Shown one piece after another: positions 10,530 to 19,324 of a DNA stretch of 43,969 bases (its first letter is position 1; each line of letters begins with the position of its first letter). Source of the DNA: Pseudomonadota bacterium. Its GTDB lineage: Bacteria > Pseudomonadota > Alphaproteobacteria > Acetobacterales > Acetobacteraceae. A program made the translations under genes and the position numbers. The stretch is taken from contig JAJXVA010000001.1 in assembly GCA_021782435.1 (NCBI GenBank), positions 1-43,969 on the forward strand, given 5' to 3'. Under the pieces are notes generated by a model. That model had not been told where the DNA came from. It was given only the letters and a program-made list of their open reading frames with translations, and did no database searches.

Positions 10530-11488
10530 TGGGCGAAAGCACCCAGATCCCGGTGACCGTGCTGACCGGCTACCTCGGCGCCGGCAAGACCACGCTGCTG
10601 AACCATATCCTGACCGCGAATCACGGTAAAAAATTCGCCGTCATCGTCAATGAGTTTGGCGAGCTCGGCATCGATAACGATCTCGTCGTCGATGCCGATG
10701 AGGAAGTGTTCGAAATGAACAACGGCTGCATATGCTGCACCGTGCGCGGTGATCTGATCCGGATCGTGGGCAATCTGCTGAAGCGGAAGGGTAGGTTTGA
10801 TGGCATTCTGGTCGAGACGACCGGCCTCGCCAATCCAGCGCCCGTCGCGCAGACCTTTTTCGTCGATGATACGCTGCGGGCGCGCACGCGCCTGGACGCG
10901 ATCATAACCGTGGTGGACGCCAAAAACATAACCACCCGCCTCGACGACAGCGCCGAGGCCCGCGACCAGGTGGCGTTTGCCGATATTCTCGTTCTCAATA
11001 AACTCGATCTCATCACCCCCGAGACCGCGGACCTGTTGCGCAAGCGGCTGCGGCGCATCAACCCGACGGCACTCATTCACGAAGCCGTTCGCGGCAATGT
11101 CGCGATCGACGCCCTGCTCGAGCGTCGCGCCTTCGACCTGTCCCGGGTGCTGAATTTCGCCCCGGATTTCCTGACCGATGATGATCATGCCCATGATGAC
11201 GACATTCAGAGCCTGAGCTTCGAGGTCAAATCTCCACTCGATCGCACGAGGTTCGAGGCATGGATGTCGGCGCTGCTGGCCGAGAGCGGCGCCGACATGT
11301 TGCGCACCAAGGGCATCATGTGGTTCGCCGGCGAAAGTCGCGCCTACGGCTTCCAGGCAGTGCACATGATGGCGGACGGTGATTTCATCGGAGCGCCGGC
11401 ATCCCCCGGATCCAGCCGGCTGGTTTTCATCGGCCGGAACCTCAACCGGCCGATGCTGCGTCGCGGCTTCGAGTCCTGCCAATCCTGA
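10529..11488 (+). CDS. CobW/COG0523 G3E-family GTPase (putative metallochaperone)
   Basis: Walker A GYLGAGKTTLLN, metal-binding GCICCT, acidic/His linker DDDHAHDDD and a CobW C-terminal domain. AGGAGG RBS at 10515-10520. TAATG overlap with the GT1 stop. Confidence 0.85.
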   Translation: MGESTQIPVTVLTGYLGAGKTTLLNHILTANHGKKFAVIVNEFGELGIDNDLVVDADEEVFEMNNGCICCTVRGDLIRIVGNLLKRKGRFDGILVETTGLANPAPVAQTFFVDDTLRARTRLDAIITVVDAKNITTRLDDSAEARDQVAFADILVLNKLDLITPETADLLRKRLRRINPTALIHEAVRGNVAIDALLERRAFDLSRVLNFAPDFLTDDDHAHDDDIQSLSFEVKSPLDRTRFEAWMSALLAESGADMLRTKGIMWFAGESRAYGFQAVHMMADGDFIGAPASPGSSRLVFIGRNLNRPMLRRGFESCQS

Positions 11489-11504
11489 GCCAAGGTAAAT
11501 CCTC

Positions 11505-12515
11505 ATGCTCGAAGCCGAAACGCTTTACTCAGGCAGAACAGACGCGTTCGTGGTCGCCTGTGACTTCGCGGGTGAAATCTGCGCCTTTGCCGGCGGTGAC
11601 GGCGCCCTGAGGTTTGTATCGCCTGGCGGGCGGCAAGCCGTCATCGAACTCACCGAGGGTATGCCGCTCTGTCTGGCACCGGACGACACCGGTAGAGGGT
11701 TTCTCGTCGGCACCGACCTCGGCCATTTTCTCGACGTGTCCACTGACGCGGCCATCGCGCATCTGCAAACCTTCCCGCGCCGCTGGGTCGAACACGTGGC
11801 CTGTCACACGGGGCGGTCCTCGGGCGTATCGGCCTGTGCCGCCGGCAAGCAGATAGCGGTCATCGGACAAAATCGGAAACTGCTGAAACGCCTCGCGACC
11901 GATTTCACCATCACCGGGCTCGCTTTCGATGCCAAGGGCAAGCGGCTCGCGGCGTCGCATTACAACGGTATCAGCCTTTGGTATGTCGGCGCCCAGTCCG
12001 AGGCGGCGCGGGTCTATTCCTGGAAGGGGAGCCACATCGCCATCGCCTTTCATCCCGGTGGCGAGGCGATCGTGACCTCGATGCAGGAAAATGCCCTGCA
12101 TGGTTGGTGGTTGCCCGATGGCGCGCATATGCAGATGACGGGGTATCCCACCAAAATCGAAAGCCTTGCATTCAGCCGCACGGGCAAATGGCTCGCGACC
12201 TCGGGGGCCGACACGGCGGTGTTATGGCCATTCTTTGGCGGCGGCCCGATGGGCCGGGCGCCGTTGGAACTCGGTGGTGCGCAAAACATTCCGGTCACCC
12301 GCGTCGCCATGCATCCGCGGCACGATTGTCTCGCCATGGGCTTCGCCGATGGCCGCGTGTCGCTGGCGGACATCGATACCCGGCAGGTGATCGAGAGCGC
12401 CGCTTCCGCAAACGGCGCGGTGACCGCCTTGTCGTTCAGCGCCGACGGGCGCCACCTGGCCTTCGGCACGGAGCTTGGGGATGCCGGAATTCTTCAAGTC
12501 AGGATCAACCCGTGA
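11505..12515 (+). CDS. WD40/beta-propeller repeat protein
   Basis: Repeated blade-like units (e.g. ITGLAFDAKGKRLAASHYNGISLW, IESLAFSRTGKWLATSGADTAVLW, VTALSFSADGRHLAFGTELG). Starts 16 nt after the CobW-type gene. Confidence 0.7.
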   Translation: MLEAETLYSGRTDAFVVACDFAGEICAFAGGDGALRFVSPGGRQAVIELTEGMPLCLAPDDTGRGFLVGTDLGHFLDVSTDAAIAHLQTFPRRWVEHVACHTGRSSGVSACAAGKQIAVIGQNRKLLKRLATDFTITGLAFDAKGKRLAASHYNGISLWYVGAQSEAARVYSWKGSHIAIAFHPGGEAIVTSMQENALHGWWLPDGAHMQMTGYPTKIESLAFSRTGKWLATSGADTAVLWPFFGGGPMGRAPLELGGAQNIPVTRVAMHPRHDCLAMGFADGRVSLADIDTRQVIESAASANGAVTALSFSADGRHLAFGTELGDAGILQVRINP

Positions 12516-12540
12516 AGGGCGTCGATGGTTCGGACCCGCC

Positions 12541-12578
12541 GCCCCGCCGCCCCGCCGCCCGGATCCCGGATCCCGGAT
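12541..12578. repeat. short tandem repeats (GCCCCGCC x2, CCCGGAT x3)
   Basis: Read directly in the convergent WD40/recF spacer: 8-mer x2 at 12541-12556, then 7-mer x3 at 12558-12578. Confidence 0.8.
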
Positions 12579-12604
12579 GTCGGTCGGGGGGCCGATCGCG
12601 CAGG

Positions 12605-13723
12605 TCAAATGGCTGCGCCCAAAGGTGGGATCGCCAGCCTGACGCTTTCACCCGTCGGGTCGGGAACCTGATCGGTATCCGTCGTGGTTAAAAAGGCTTG
12701 CCCCTCATAAGCCGCGAGGGTCCGGACCAGCGCGACGCGACGCATATCATCGAGGTGCGTCATCGGTTCATCCAGCAGCAGAATCGGCGCGCGCTTCTGC
12801 TGGCGCTTCATGATCTCGGCTTGCGAAAGTATCACTGAAACCAGCAGGGCTTTGCGTTCACCGGTGCTCGACATCGAGGCATTCCGTCCCGTCACCGCGT
12901 CGCAAATCAGGATATCGGCCCGGTTGGCGCCCGCGGTCGTCGTCCGATTTTCCTTGTCCTGCCGCCGCGTTCTTGCAAAACGCTCACGCCATTCCGCCTC
13001 GACCACCAGGGCGGGCGCGTCATCGAGCCGCGAGGCGATCTCGCACACCAGGCCGACGCGCGCCTTCGGAAATGGTGGCGGCAATTGTGCCAGGGCCGCA
13101 TTCAACGCCGCCAAATAGTCGCGCCGCATCGCTGCGATGGCGACCGATTTCTCGGCCAGTTGTTTTTCCAACGCGCCGAGCCATCTGGCCGCGCCTTCCC
13201 CCGATCGCAACAACATCAGGCGTTGCGCCTGGATGTGCTCGGCCGCGGCCAACAGGCGGGCGAACCCCGGCTCCCTCGCGGCCACCAATCGGTCGAAGAA
13301 TCTGCGCCGGCCGGATGGCGGCTCGAGAAACAGCCCTTCCATCTGCGGCGTCAGCCACAGGCAGGCCACAAGCTCCAACATCACGCTCTGGCTCTTGACC
13401 ATGTCACCGTCGAGCAGAAACCGTCTCTGCCTCGGGCTTTCCGGCGTGACGCCGGTACTGATGCTGAACGCCTCGGCGTCATTCGCCAGCCATCCGGTCA
13501 CGCTCCAGTCGCTCCGGGGGGTCTGCGTCCTGGCATTCGGCAAATCCGTCAGCGCCGCGCCGCGCAGGCCGCGCCCCGGCATCAGCAGGGAAATTGCCTC
13601 GAGAATGTTGGTTTTGCCGGCGCCATTCGGCCCATGCAGAATGGTCAGGGTTCCGTCGAACCCGAATTCCTCCTTTATGAAATTCCGGAAGTTCAACAGC
13701 CGCAGTCGAAACAGGCGGGTCAT
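12605..13723 (-). CDS. recF: DNA replication and repair protein RecF
   Basis: Contains LRLLNFRNF, Walker A GPNGAGKTNILEA and the signature/Walker B region LLLDEPMTHLD. Lies directly downstream of dnaN. Confidence 0.95.
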   Translation of the reverse strand: MTRLFRLRLLNFRNFIKEEFGFDGTLTILHGPNGAGKTNILEAISLLMPGRGLRGAALTDLPNARTQTPRSDWSVTGWLANDAEAFSISTGVTPESPRQRRFLLDGDMVKSQSVMLELVACLWLTPQMEGLFLEPPSGRRRFFDRLVAAREPGFARLLAAAEHIQAQRLMLLRSGEGAARWLGALEKQLAEKSVAIAAMRRDYLAALNAALAQLPPPFPKARVGLVCEIASRLDDAPALVVEAEWRERFARTRRQDKENRTTTAGANRADILICDAVTGRNASMSSTGERKALLVSVILSQAEIMKRQQKRAPILLLDEPMTHLDDMRRVALVRTLAAYEGQAFLTTTDTDQVPDPTGESVRLAIPPLGAAI

Positions 13724-13751
13724 GACCTCCGCGACAGCGCAGACGAGCGGC

Positions 13752-14876
13752 TTACACGCGCATCGGCATCAGCACGTAGAGCGCCGAGGAATCGCCGGTG
13801 TCGCGTACCACTGTCGGGGCCGCGCCGTCGGAAAAACAAAACTCCACCTCACCGGTAATCTGGTCGGTTATGTCGTTCAGGTATCTTGCCTGAAAACCAA
13901 TCTCGAGCGGGGTTTCCGTGTAGCTCACGCGCTCCTCGTCCAGTTCCTCGGTCGCCGTGCCCTGTTCGGGGCTGGTCGCCGATAAAACCAGCAGGTTCTT
14001 CTTCAGGCTCATTTTCACCGGCTTCGCGCGCTCCTGGCTGATCGCGGCCACGCGGGCCACCGCGTCCGAGAACTCCTTTTTCGCCACACGAAGGATCTTG
14101 TCGTTACCCTGGGGTATCACCCGCTCATAGTCGGGGAAGGTCCCGTCGATCAGCTTGCTGGTCAACGCTATATTACCCACCTCGAACAGGATCCGCGTAT
14201 CCGAGAGCGCAATCCCGATATCACCGGTCGTTTCATCCAGCAGCTTGCGCAATTCGTTCACGGTTTTGCGCGGAATGATGACGCCCGGCATGGATGCCGC
14301 GCCTTCAGGCAGTTCCTCCTCCACCCGCGCCAGCCTGTGCCCATCGGTCGCCACGGCCCGCAGCAGCTTATGGCCATCCACGGCCGTGGCATGCACGTAT
14401 ATGCCGTTCAGGTAGTACCGCGTCTCCTCGGTGGAAATGGCAAACCGGGTGCGGTCTATCAGCGCCCGCAGATGTTGCGCCGGAAGGCTGAACCGGTTGG
14501 GCAGCGTTCCCGCCGTCATGGACGGAAAATCATCGACCGGCAGCACCATCAGGCTGGTGCTGTAGCGCCCGGCCCGCAGCGCCAGCGGCGCGTCAGCGCC
14601 GCCGTGTTCGAATTCGATTTCCGTGCCCTCCGACAATTTGCGCACGATCTCGTAAAGCGTGGCCGCCGGTGCCGTGGTCGCGCCCGCGCGCAAACCCTGC
14701 GCCGGCACGTTCTCCACCACCGCAATCTCCATGTCGGTCGCCGTCAGGGTCAGCTTGCTGTCCTTGACCGCCAGCATCACGTTGGCAAGGATGGGAATCG
14801 TGTTCCGCTTCTCCACCACGCTCTGAACATGCGTTAACGCCTTCAGAAGCGTGGTTCGATCCACCTTGAACTTCAT
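13752..14876 (-). CDS. dnaN: DNA polymerase III subunit beta (sliding clamp)
   Basis: Starts MKFKVDRTTLLKALTHVQSVVEKRNTIPILANV and ends LMPMRV. Start at the ATG at 14876 rather than 14924. Confidence 0.95.
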   Translation of the reverse strand: MKFKVDRTTLLKALTHVQSVVEKRNTIPILANVMLAVKDSKLTLTATDMEIAVVENVPAQGLRAGATTAPAATLYEIVRKLSEGTEIEFEHGGADAPLALRAGRYSTSLMVLPVDDFPSMTAGTLPNRFSLPAQHLRALIDRTRFAISTEETRYYLNGIYVHATAVDGHKLLRAVATDGHRLARVEEELPEGAASMPGVIIPRKTVNELRKLLDETTGDIGIALSDTRILFEVGNIALTSKLIDGTFPDYERVIPQGNDKILRVAKKEFSDAVARVAAISQERAKPVKMSLKKNLLVLSATSPEQGTATEELDEERVSYTETPLEIGFQARYLNDITDQITGEVEFCFSDGAAPTVVRDTGDSSALYVLMPMRV

Positions 14877-15036
14877 GGGTCCGACCTCTCCACTGAGCCG
14901 GCCGGGCCCCTGCTCCCGGGGCAAGCCTGCGCTCTCATTCTAAGGTGTAGTCTAGCCATGTCATTCGCGCCGAGGAAAGCGGGAGATATCAGGTTATGTC
15001 AGACCTTATCGATGGAACTTGGATGAAACCCCCCGA

Positions 15037-15819
15037 ATGAGCCCGATAGACCTGAGCGACGCGGAAATCGAACGCTATGCGCGGCACATTCTTCTGCCGG
15101 AAGTCGGTGGCGTGGGCCAGATGCGGCTCAAGCAGGCGCGCGTGCTGGTCATCGGCGCTGGCGGCCTGGGCTGTCCGTTGCTGCTCTATCTCGCGGCTGC
15201 CGGCATCGGCACGCTCGGTGTGGTCGACGCCGATGCGGTGCAGCTATCCAACCTCCAGCGCCAGATCCTCTATACCACCCCGGATATCGGCCAGCCCAAA
15301 GTCGCCATCGCCGCCGACCACCTCGCCCGGCTCAACCCCGAAATTCAGGTCCATACCGTCCCGGACAACCTGACCCCCGAAAACGCCGACCGCCTGATCG
15401 CCAGCTATGATCTGGTCTGCGATGCCACCGACAATTTTACCGCGCGTTTCGCCATCGCCGATGCCTGCTGCCGTCAGCGGCGCACCCTCGTCACCGCCGC
15501 CGTGCAGCGCAACACCGTCCAACTCGCGGTGTTCAAACCCCATGTCGATCCGGCTTTGCCGTGTTATCGCTGTCTCAATCCCCACCCGACGGCGCAGGAC
15601 GGGTTGAGCTGCGCCGATGCCGGCATTCTCGGCGCCATAACCGGCGTTGCCGGAACCCTGCAAGCCACCCTGGCGCTACAGGAAATCCTGGGCGTAGGCG
15701 GCGGCCTCACCGGAAAATTGCTGATCTGGGACGCCCTGTCCTTCCGGTTTCGTCTGATCACCGTGCCCGTCGACCCCACCTGCCCGCACCACCCATCCGG
15801 GTCACCGCCCCATGGCTGA
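15037..15819 (+). CDS. moeB: ThiF/MoeB-family adenylyltransferase (E1-like)
   Basis: Contains ERYARHILLPEVGGVGQ, the nucleotide-binding VIGAGGLGCP and CYRC plus a later Cys pair. No rhodanese domain. ATG at 15037 preferred over TTG at 15019. Confidence 0.8.
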   Translation: MSPIDLSDAEIERYARHILLPEVGGVGQMRLKQARVLVIGAGGLGCPLLLYLAAAGIGTLGVVDADAVQLSNLQRQILYTTPDIGQPKVAIAADHLARLNPEIQVHTVPDNLTPENADRLIASYDLVCDATDNFTARFAIADACCRQRRTLVTAAVQRNTVQLAVFKPHVDPALPCYRCLNPHPTAQDGLSCADAGILGAITGVAGTLQATLALQEILGVGGGLTGKLLIWDALSFRFRLITVPVDPTCPHHPSGSPPHG

Positions 15820-16195
15820 AGCCCCCGGTCTTGGCATCCTCCTGTTCCAGGGCGGCTATGAGTCCGCCCATGCCGCTTTTCTCCTCGCGGTCGGCGCGGC
15901 CGCGCTCGGCCGCACCGTCACCCTCTTCGCCACCGGGGCCGGCGTGCTCGCCCTGGCCCGGGACTGGTCCTGTCTCGCCGACGCCGATCGCGATGCCCCG
16001 CGTCGTCTCCGCGGCGCCCCCGGCCTCGATGAACTGCGCGAAGCGGCGGTCGCGCTCGGCATCCCGCTCTCCGCCTGTCCCAGTGGTCTTCTGGCCACCG
16101 CCCTCACCGAGCCGGATCTGATGACCGGCGCCGAGGAAGGCAGTTTACCAAGTTTTCTTGAAGCGACGCGGTCGGCTCAGCTTATATCATTCTGA
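15812..16195 (+). CDS. DsrE/DsrF-like (COG2210-type) small protein, putative sulfur-carrier/relay
   Basis: 127 aa. The N-terminal GILLFQGGYESAHAAF resembles the DsrE-fold beta-alpha start, and there is a single candidate active Cys in LSACPSGL. 8-nt overlap (ATGGCTGA) with the moeB-like gene. Confidence 0.5.
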   Translation: MAEAPGLGILLFQGGYESAHAAFLLAVGAAALGRTVTLFATGAGVLALARDWSCLADADRDAPRRLRGAPGLDELREAAVALGIPLSACPSGLLATALTEPDLMTGAEEGSLPSFLEATRSAQLISF

Positions 16196-16221
16196 GTCAA
16201 CCGAGTTTCGGGTGCCAGGTC

Positions 16222-16917
16222 ATGCGTTTCCTGATTTTGCTTCCCTTGACGGGGCTCCTGGCCGCTGCCGCGCCGCCCCCGGCGCCAACCGGGCCCGTCA
16301 CCCATACCCATCCCGCCCGCCCATCCCCTCACGGCAAAGTCGTGGCCCCGCGTCACAAACTGGCACGGCGCCGCGCGCGGCCACACCACGTGGCCCCTGT
16401 CCGCGCCGCCTCGGCAAGCGCGGCCATAACCATGCTGCCGTCCATCGCCCTCGCCACCCCGGCCCCGCCGGCCCCGCCCCCCCGGGGCAGTGAAAGCGGC
16501 CTGCCCATTCCCCGCTTTGCCGCGCTCCGCTCCGACGAGGTCAGCTTCCGCACCGGCCCCGGCACCCAGTATCCGATCGCCTGGATCTATCAGCGCCGCG
16601 ACCTGCCGGTCGAAATCGAGCGCGAATTTCAGGTCTGGCGCCTGGTCGCCGAGCCTGACGGCACCCGTGGCTGGGTGCACGAAGCCATGCTGACCGGTCG
16701 GCGCGGCTTCCTGATCGCCGGCACCAGGCCGGTCACCCTGCGCGCCGCCGCCGATGCGGCCAGTCCACCGGTCGCCATGCTCGAACCTCAGGTGGTTGGC
16801 CATCTCCTGCGTTGCCCCACCCAGGACTGGTGCGAGGTCAGCGTCAAATCCTATCGCGGCTGGCTCCGCCGCGATCAGTTCTGGGGCACCCTCGCGGACG
16901 AGAAGTTCCCCTCATGA
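16222..16917 (+). CDS. secreted bacterial SH3-domain protein (COG3807-like)
   Basis: Signal-like MRFLILLPLTGLLAAAA, a Pro-rich linker, then LPIPRFAALRSDEVSFRTGPGTQYPIAWIYQ...WRLV..GTRGWVHEAML, typical of SH3b. Confidence 0.7.
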   Translation: MRFLILLPLTGLLAAAAPPPAPTGPVTHTHPARPSPHGKVVAPRHKLARRRARPHHVAPVRAASASAAITMLPSIALATPAPPAPPPRGSESGLPIPRFAALRSDEVSFRTGPGTQYPIAWIYQRRDLPVEIEREFQVWRLVAEPDGTRGWVHEAMLTGRRGFLIAGTRPVTLRAAADAASPPVAMLEPQVVGHLLRCPTQDWCEVSVKSYRGWLRRDQFWGTLADEKFPS

Positions 16918-17802
16918 ACGATCCCTCCCGCGCCCTCTCGCCGGCCGCGAAAGCGGCGCGAACGAAAGCACAAAAATACCCAGCGCCAGCGCCGCTGCGT
17001 ACGGCGCGGCATCGATCCGCGTCACCAGACGTCGCGCATGGCCCGTGGCCTGAACGGATCGCCACAGCCCATCCGGCGTGCCGAGATGGCGGTAGCTCAG
17101 GCCCGTCAGCGCCGCCAGTTGCCGTAAATGCGGCGTATCCTCGGCGGTCAGGTTCCCGTGCCCGGCAAACATGCCCTTGGCGTCGCTCGGCACATCTATC
17201 GATCGGTAATATCCGATCTGGTGGTTCTGGCTGTCGAAGCGTGGAATAGGCACCAGCCGGTTGCCGCCAAGGCCGAGTATGGCGCCGGGCACGCTGCCGC
17301 GCAGCGGCGCGAATTTCGGCAGGCCATTCCACCACAGCGGCGGGGATTCCTGGCCATCGGTCATGAACACGAGATCCGTGCCCAGATGCTGCGCCATCTG
17401 CATCGATCTGAGCAGCGCCTCCGCGATATGACTTTCCGAATCCCAGCCCATGCGCCAATCCAGCGCCGAGATTTCCCGCCTGAGCGGTTCGTAATTGCCG
17501 CAGATCTCGAGCGGGTCAAACAGCAGAAACGGCACCCGCTCGACGAAAACCGCCACCGCCAGCCGCGAACCGCAGGGCATGCGGTCCAGCAGGCGGCGCA
17601 GCGCCAGTTTCTCCACCGCAAGGCGCGCAATCGGCCGGCCATCCAGCACCATGTCGGCTGTATTCATGCTCGCGGTAATATCCAGCACCACCAGCACATC
17701 ATGAACCGGCCGTCTGACCATGAAGCGCGGCACCACCAGCCCCGCCAGAATGGGCAGCAGGGCAACGCCGCGCAGGCCGGGCCGCAGGCCAGGGCGGTTC
17801 AT
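16912..17802 (-). CDS. vWA-domain protein, MxaL-like (last gene of MoxR operon)
   Basis: N-terminal TM segment and a MIDAS-like VVLDITASM. Start at the ATG at 17802, forming an ATGA overlap with the upstream gene stop. Confidence 0.65.
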   Translation of the reverse strand: MNRPGLRPGLRGVALLPILAGLVVPRFMVRRPVHDVLVVLDITASMNTADMVLDGRPIARLAVEKLALRRLLDRMPCGSRLAVAVFVERVPFLLFDPLEICGNYEPLRREISALDWRMGWDSESHIAEALLRSMQMAQHLGTDLVFMTDGQESPPLWWNGLPKFAPLRGSVPGAILGLGGNRLVPIPRFDSQNHQIGYYRSIDVPSDAKGMFAGHGNLTAEDTPHLRQLAALTGLSYRHLGTPDGLWRSVQATGHARRLVTRIDAAPYAAALALGIFVLSFAPLSRPARGRGRDRS

Positions 17803-18338
17803 GGCATGCCGTTCGGCACGCCCGGCAGATCGGGCCACACCGCCTTGTCGTGCGACATCTGGGCGCCACTGCTGCGTTTGTAAATTTCCCGCGCCGGCAA
17901 CAACTCCGTCGCCAACGCGAAATTGTAGCGCGCATCCCAGAACCCGGGCTCCAGGCTGGCGGCAAGCCGATAGTCATAGCGCGCGGCAACGATCATCGGC
18001 TTCACTTTGCGGAAGGGCAGTCCGTTGAACACCGCCAGCGCCTGGCGCAACCTCGCGTTACCGAGCGTGAGCAATAAACCGGCCTTCCCCTCCCCGGGCG
18101 CGAGACGCCCGATTTCTGCTTCCGCGGCGTCGAATGCCGCTATGCCGATCAGATATCGCGCCCGCGCCGCGACCAGGGTGGGTCCCGCATCGGGCCCTGG
18201 CACAGCATGCCCCCCGCCAACCAGGCGCACCTCGCGCACCGTGGTCGCATCCCTTCGCCACCGCCCCACCACCAACAGCACGCCGCCGCAGACGAGCCCC
18301 GCGACAGCCACGCATGCCAGGAATTTACGCGGCGTCAT
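17799..18338 (-). CDS. single-pass membrane protein with helical/TPR-like region, MxaK-like
   Basis: TM segment FLACVAVAGLVCGGVLLVVG followed by an Ala/Leu-rich helical repeat region. Start at 18338 gives an ATGA overlap with the upstream vWA gene. The assignment rests on position and architecture only. Confidence 0.5.
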   Translation of the reverse strand: MTPRKFLACVAVAGLVCGGVLLVVGRWRRDATTVREVRLVGGGHAVPGPDAGPTLVAARARYLIGIAAFDAAEAEIGRLAPGEGKAGLLLTLGNARLRQALAVFNGLPFRKVKPMIVAARYDYRLAASLEPGFWDARYNFALATELLPAREIYKRSSGAQMSHDKAVWPDLPGVPNGMP

Positions 18339-19324
18339 GCGCCATAACCTGCGGGCATGTCGCGTCGCTCGGCGATCAGCAGCAATATGTGAAGCGCCAG
18401 AAACAGCGCCGCCAGCCGGAAGCACAGCCGGGCGTAGTTCCGCCGGGGAACATCTTCGGTATACGGCAGAGGCCGGCTCTCGATCCGCTCGATCCGCGCG
18501 GTGACGGCGGCGACCGCGCCGGCATCGCTCGCCTCGAACCCGGCATACGGAACATGCAGAGATCGGAAATACGCATCCAGCGCGGCCGGATGGGTCATGT
18601 CGGTATCGTTGACCAGTCCATCATCGAGGGGCGGATCATCACCGGCGCGCAGGTAAAGGTAATAAAGATGCGCATGGACACGATGAAATTCCCTGGCAAG
18701 ATACAAACGCACCTGTTCAGGAATTTCTCCGGCGCCATCCGTGATCAGCAGAATGACGTGCGGGGCGGCGGGGTCGTCACGGCCGAACATGGCCAGCGCG
18801 TAGGCAATACCGGACCCGATATCGGTATCGCCCAACTGGCCGCTGGCCTGGGCGGCAATGGCGGCGGCAATGGCGGCGCGGTGCTCGGTCAGCGGCATGA
18901 TCAGGATGGGCGCCGTCGAAAACCCGACGATCCCGAACCGGCTGTGCGGATTACGGGCAAAAAACGCCGCGAGCAGCCGGGCCGACGCCTGGGTCTTGCT
19001 TTCGGTCGCCTTGCGGCCGCGCAGCGCGAACGGCTCGTGCATGCTCAGGCTGCGGTCCAGCGCAACGATCACATGCGCCCCCCCGGCCAGGCGCGTGACC
19101 TGCGCGCGTGGCCGATAGGGGCCGGCCAGCCCGAGCGTCAGCCACAGCACCGGCAGTGCGGCCAGCACGCGCAATCCACCATCGACGATGACGGAAATGC
19201 CATCCCGCGGCAGCGCCCGCAGGCTGGCGACCGTAATCGCGCCGCTGCCCCAACCCAGCAGCGGCGGCAGACATAATGCCAGCAGCCAAAGCGCCATCGG
19301 GTGGTCCAGGTGGGGCGGGGTCAT
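18335..19324 (-). CDS. membrane-anchored vWA-domain protein (MxaC/BatA-like)
   Basis: Two N-terminal TM segments, MIDAS VALDRSLSM, GFSTAP, LLITDG and a C-terminal TM segment. ATGA overlaps at both ends. Confidence 0.75.
   Translation of the reverse strand: MTPPHLDHPMALWLLALCLPPLLGWGSGAITVASLRALPRDGISVIVDGGLRVLAALPVLWLTLGLAGPYRPRAQVTRLAGGAHVIVALDRSLSMHEPFALRGRKATESKTQASARLLAAFFARNPHSRFGIVGFSTAPILIMPLTEHRAAIAAAIAAQASGQLGDTDIGSGIAYALAMFGRDDPAAPHVILLITDGAGEIPEQVRLYLAREFHRVHAHLYYLYLRAGDDPPLDDGLVNDTDMTHPAALDAYFRSLHVPYAGFEASDAGAVAAVTARIERIESRPLPYTEDVPRRNYARLCFRLAALFLALHILLLIAERRDMPAGYGA

Noticed and set aside
10514-11506. 330-aa minus-strand ORF opposite the CobW-type GTPase gene
   Set aside because: The plus-strand gene has Walker A, CxCC and a strong RBS. 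The minus-strand ORF has no recognisable features.
14877-15036. oriC next to dnaN
   Set aside because: dnaA is absent. The 160-bp spacer shows no DnaA-box cluster; the best match, TTATCGATG, has 3 mismatches. The hemE spacer is the better candidate.
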